Assembly: GCF_000253055.1 (NCBI RefSeq)
Contig: NC_016070.1
Span: forward strand, 1,350,001 to 1,382,000
Source: Thermoproteus tenax Kra 1
GTDB taxonomy: Archaea; Thermoproteota; Thermoprotei; Thermoproteales; Thermoproteaceae
DNA: 32,000 nucleotides
Direction: 5' to 3'
This document shows, piece after piece, positions 31,219 to 32,000 of this stretch (position 1 is its first letter; every line of letters starts with the position of its first letter). The notes under the pieces are model-generated. The model worked only from the letters and a program-made list of their open reading frames with translations. It was not told the origin of the DNA and searched no databases. Position numbers and translations under genes: made by a program.

Positions 31219-32000
31219 TTAGCTCACAGGCCTCCACACTAGGCCCAACTTGTCCGCATATCTGTACGCCTCCTCCATCTCCAACTCGCTTACGAGTCTG
31301 TTTATATCAGCATAGCGCCGGTATCTAGGCACCAGATAGTCTGGGTGATACTGGTCCATTATGTTCACCAATGCCCTCGGGCAGTTCTCCGCTATCCACT
31401 TCAGCACAGGCTTAGTACAACACTCCACATGGCCGGGCAGGACGAGGTGCCTTATTATTATGTCCTCTCCGCGCCTACAGAGCATTAGGAGATTCCTCGC
31501 GACCACCTCAACATAGCGCGGAGCTATGGAATATCTGAGCGCACATGAGTCGTTACCGTATTTGAAGTCGGGCAACCATATATCGATCACGTGGAGCATC
31601 AAGGAGAGCCCCTCGTGGGTCAAGTACATATTGCTGTTCCACAGCTGAGGGACGTTTATTCTCTTTTCCGCCAAGATCCTCATGGACTCGATTATAAAAG
31701 GTATATTTGGAGTGGGCTCTCCCCCGACCCAGTTTATATTGCGGGCTCCCTCTGACCTCAATTTGATCTGGATAAGGGCTAGCTGTCGTGAGCTGACCTC
31801 TACGCCGTTGTCAGGCCGTTGCGAGATGTCCCAGTTCTGGCAATAGACACATCTGAAGTTACAGCCTGTAAAGAACACAGTCCCCGAGGGCACGAGCGGC
31901 GCCTCCTCGCCAAGGTGATGAAACCAACTTGCCACCCTCGGCGTATCGTTGAGGAGACAAGCCCCCCTTGTCTTCGATCTATCTATGCCGCACCGCCTCT
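31219..32000 (-). CDS. Radical SAM protein, PflX-like (homologue of pyruvate formate-lyase activase). The 5' end runs off the right edge.
   Basis: Contains GCNFRCVYCQNW (CxxxCxxC), IRHLVLPGHVECC and VNIMDQYHP. The frame stays open upstream of the listed GTG (31935) to position 32000 (...RRCGIDRSKTRGACLLNDTPR-VASWFHH). Confidence 0.85.
   Translation of the reverse strand, partial: RRCGIDRSKTRGACLLNDTPRVASWFHHLGEEAPLVPSGTVFFTGCNFRCVYCQNWDISQRPDNGVEVSSRQLALIQIKLRSEGARNINWVGGEPTPNIPFIIESMRILAEKRINVPQLWNSNMYLTHEGLSLMLHVIDIWLPDFKYGNDSCALRYSIAPRYVEVVARNLLMLCRRGEDIIIRHLVLPGHVECCTKPVLKWIAENCPRALVNIMDQYHPDYLVPRYRRYADINRLVSELEMEEAYRYADKLGLVWRPVS

Noticed and set aside
30491-31222. The 243-aa plus-strand ORF.
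   Set aside because: It reads through two T5 terminator-like runs and the entire tRNA-Arg gene. Most of it is Arg/Gly/Pro-rich. Only the 30765-30960 part is discussed, as a possible frameshift continuation.

Overview
This window looks like a chromosomal, mostly housekeeping segment of a crenarchaeon, probably Thermoproteales-like. The organism call is an inference from three things. The tRNA genes carry one or two introns, some at non-canonical positions. Nearly every gene has an A/T-rich TATA element about 20-30 nt upstream of its start codon, as expected for leaderless genes. The gene content is archaeal (r-proteins, Rpp29, H+-pyrophosphatase).

Gene order, left to right:
- thrS, which runs off the left edge and is absent from the ORF track
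- a GC-rich structured non-coding block
- AdoMetDC-family decarboxylase, a small HTH-like ORF, HtpX-like protease, PadR regulator and inositol-phosphate synthase
- a CN-hydrolase and a processive GT2 synthase in an overlapping operon
- a membrane HdrE/HdrD-like Fe-S oxidoreductase
- a GTPBP1-like GTPase and a stand-alone Cas4-like nuclease
- H+-PPase, A/V-ATPase subunit I and a weak MetF-like ORF
- Rpp29, L29 and S3
- a tetrapyrrole cluster (hemB, sirC-like, hemD, cobA, hemL, hemA, hemC)
- tRNA-Ala, a weak PduO-like ORF, S13, S4 and a frameshifted plant-type asparaginase
- a block of lineage-specific hypothetical genes, DUF72, tRNA-Arg and a PflX-like radical SAM gene that runs off the right edge

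I could not support any clearly novel multi-gene system. The strongest observations are:
- a 38-nt stretch inside the Hdr-like gene that matches, from memory, a TOPO cloning-vector polylinker and breaks the gene, which suggests an assembly artefact
- a +1 frameshift at a G4 run in the asparaginase gene
- a well-formed C/D box sRNA candidate between two hypothetical genes
- intron-containing tRNAs
- two structured GC-rich non-coding regions of unknown function
- abrupt AT-rich patches inside otherwise GC-normal genes
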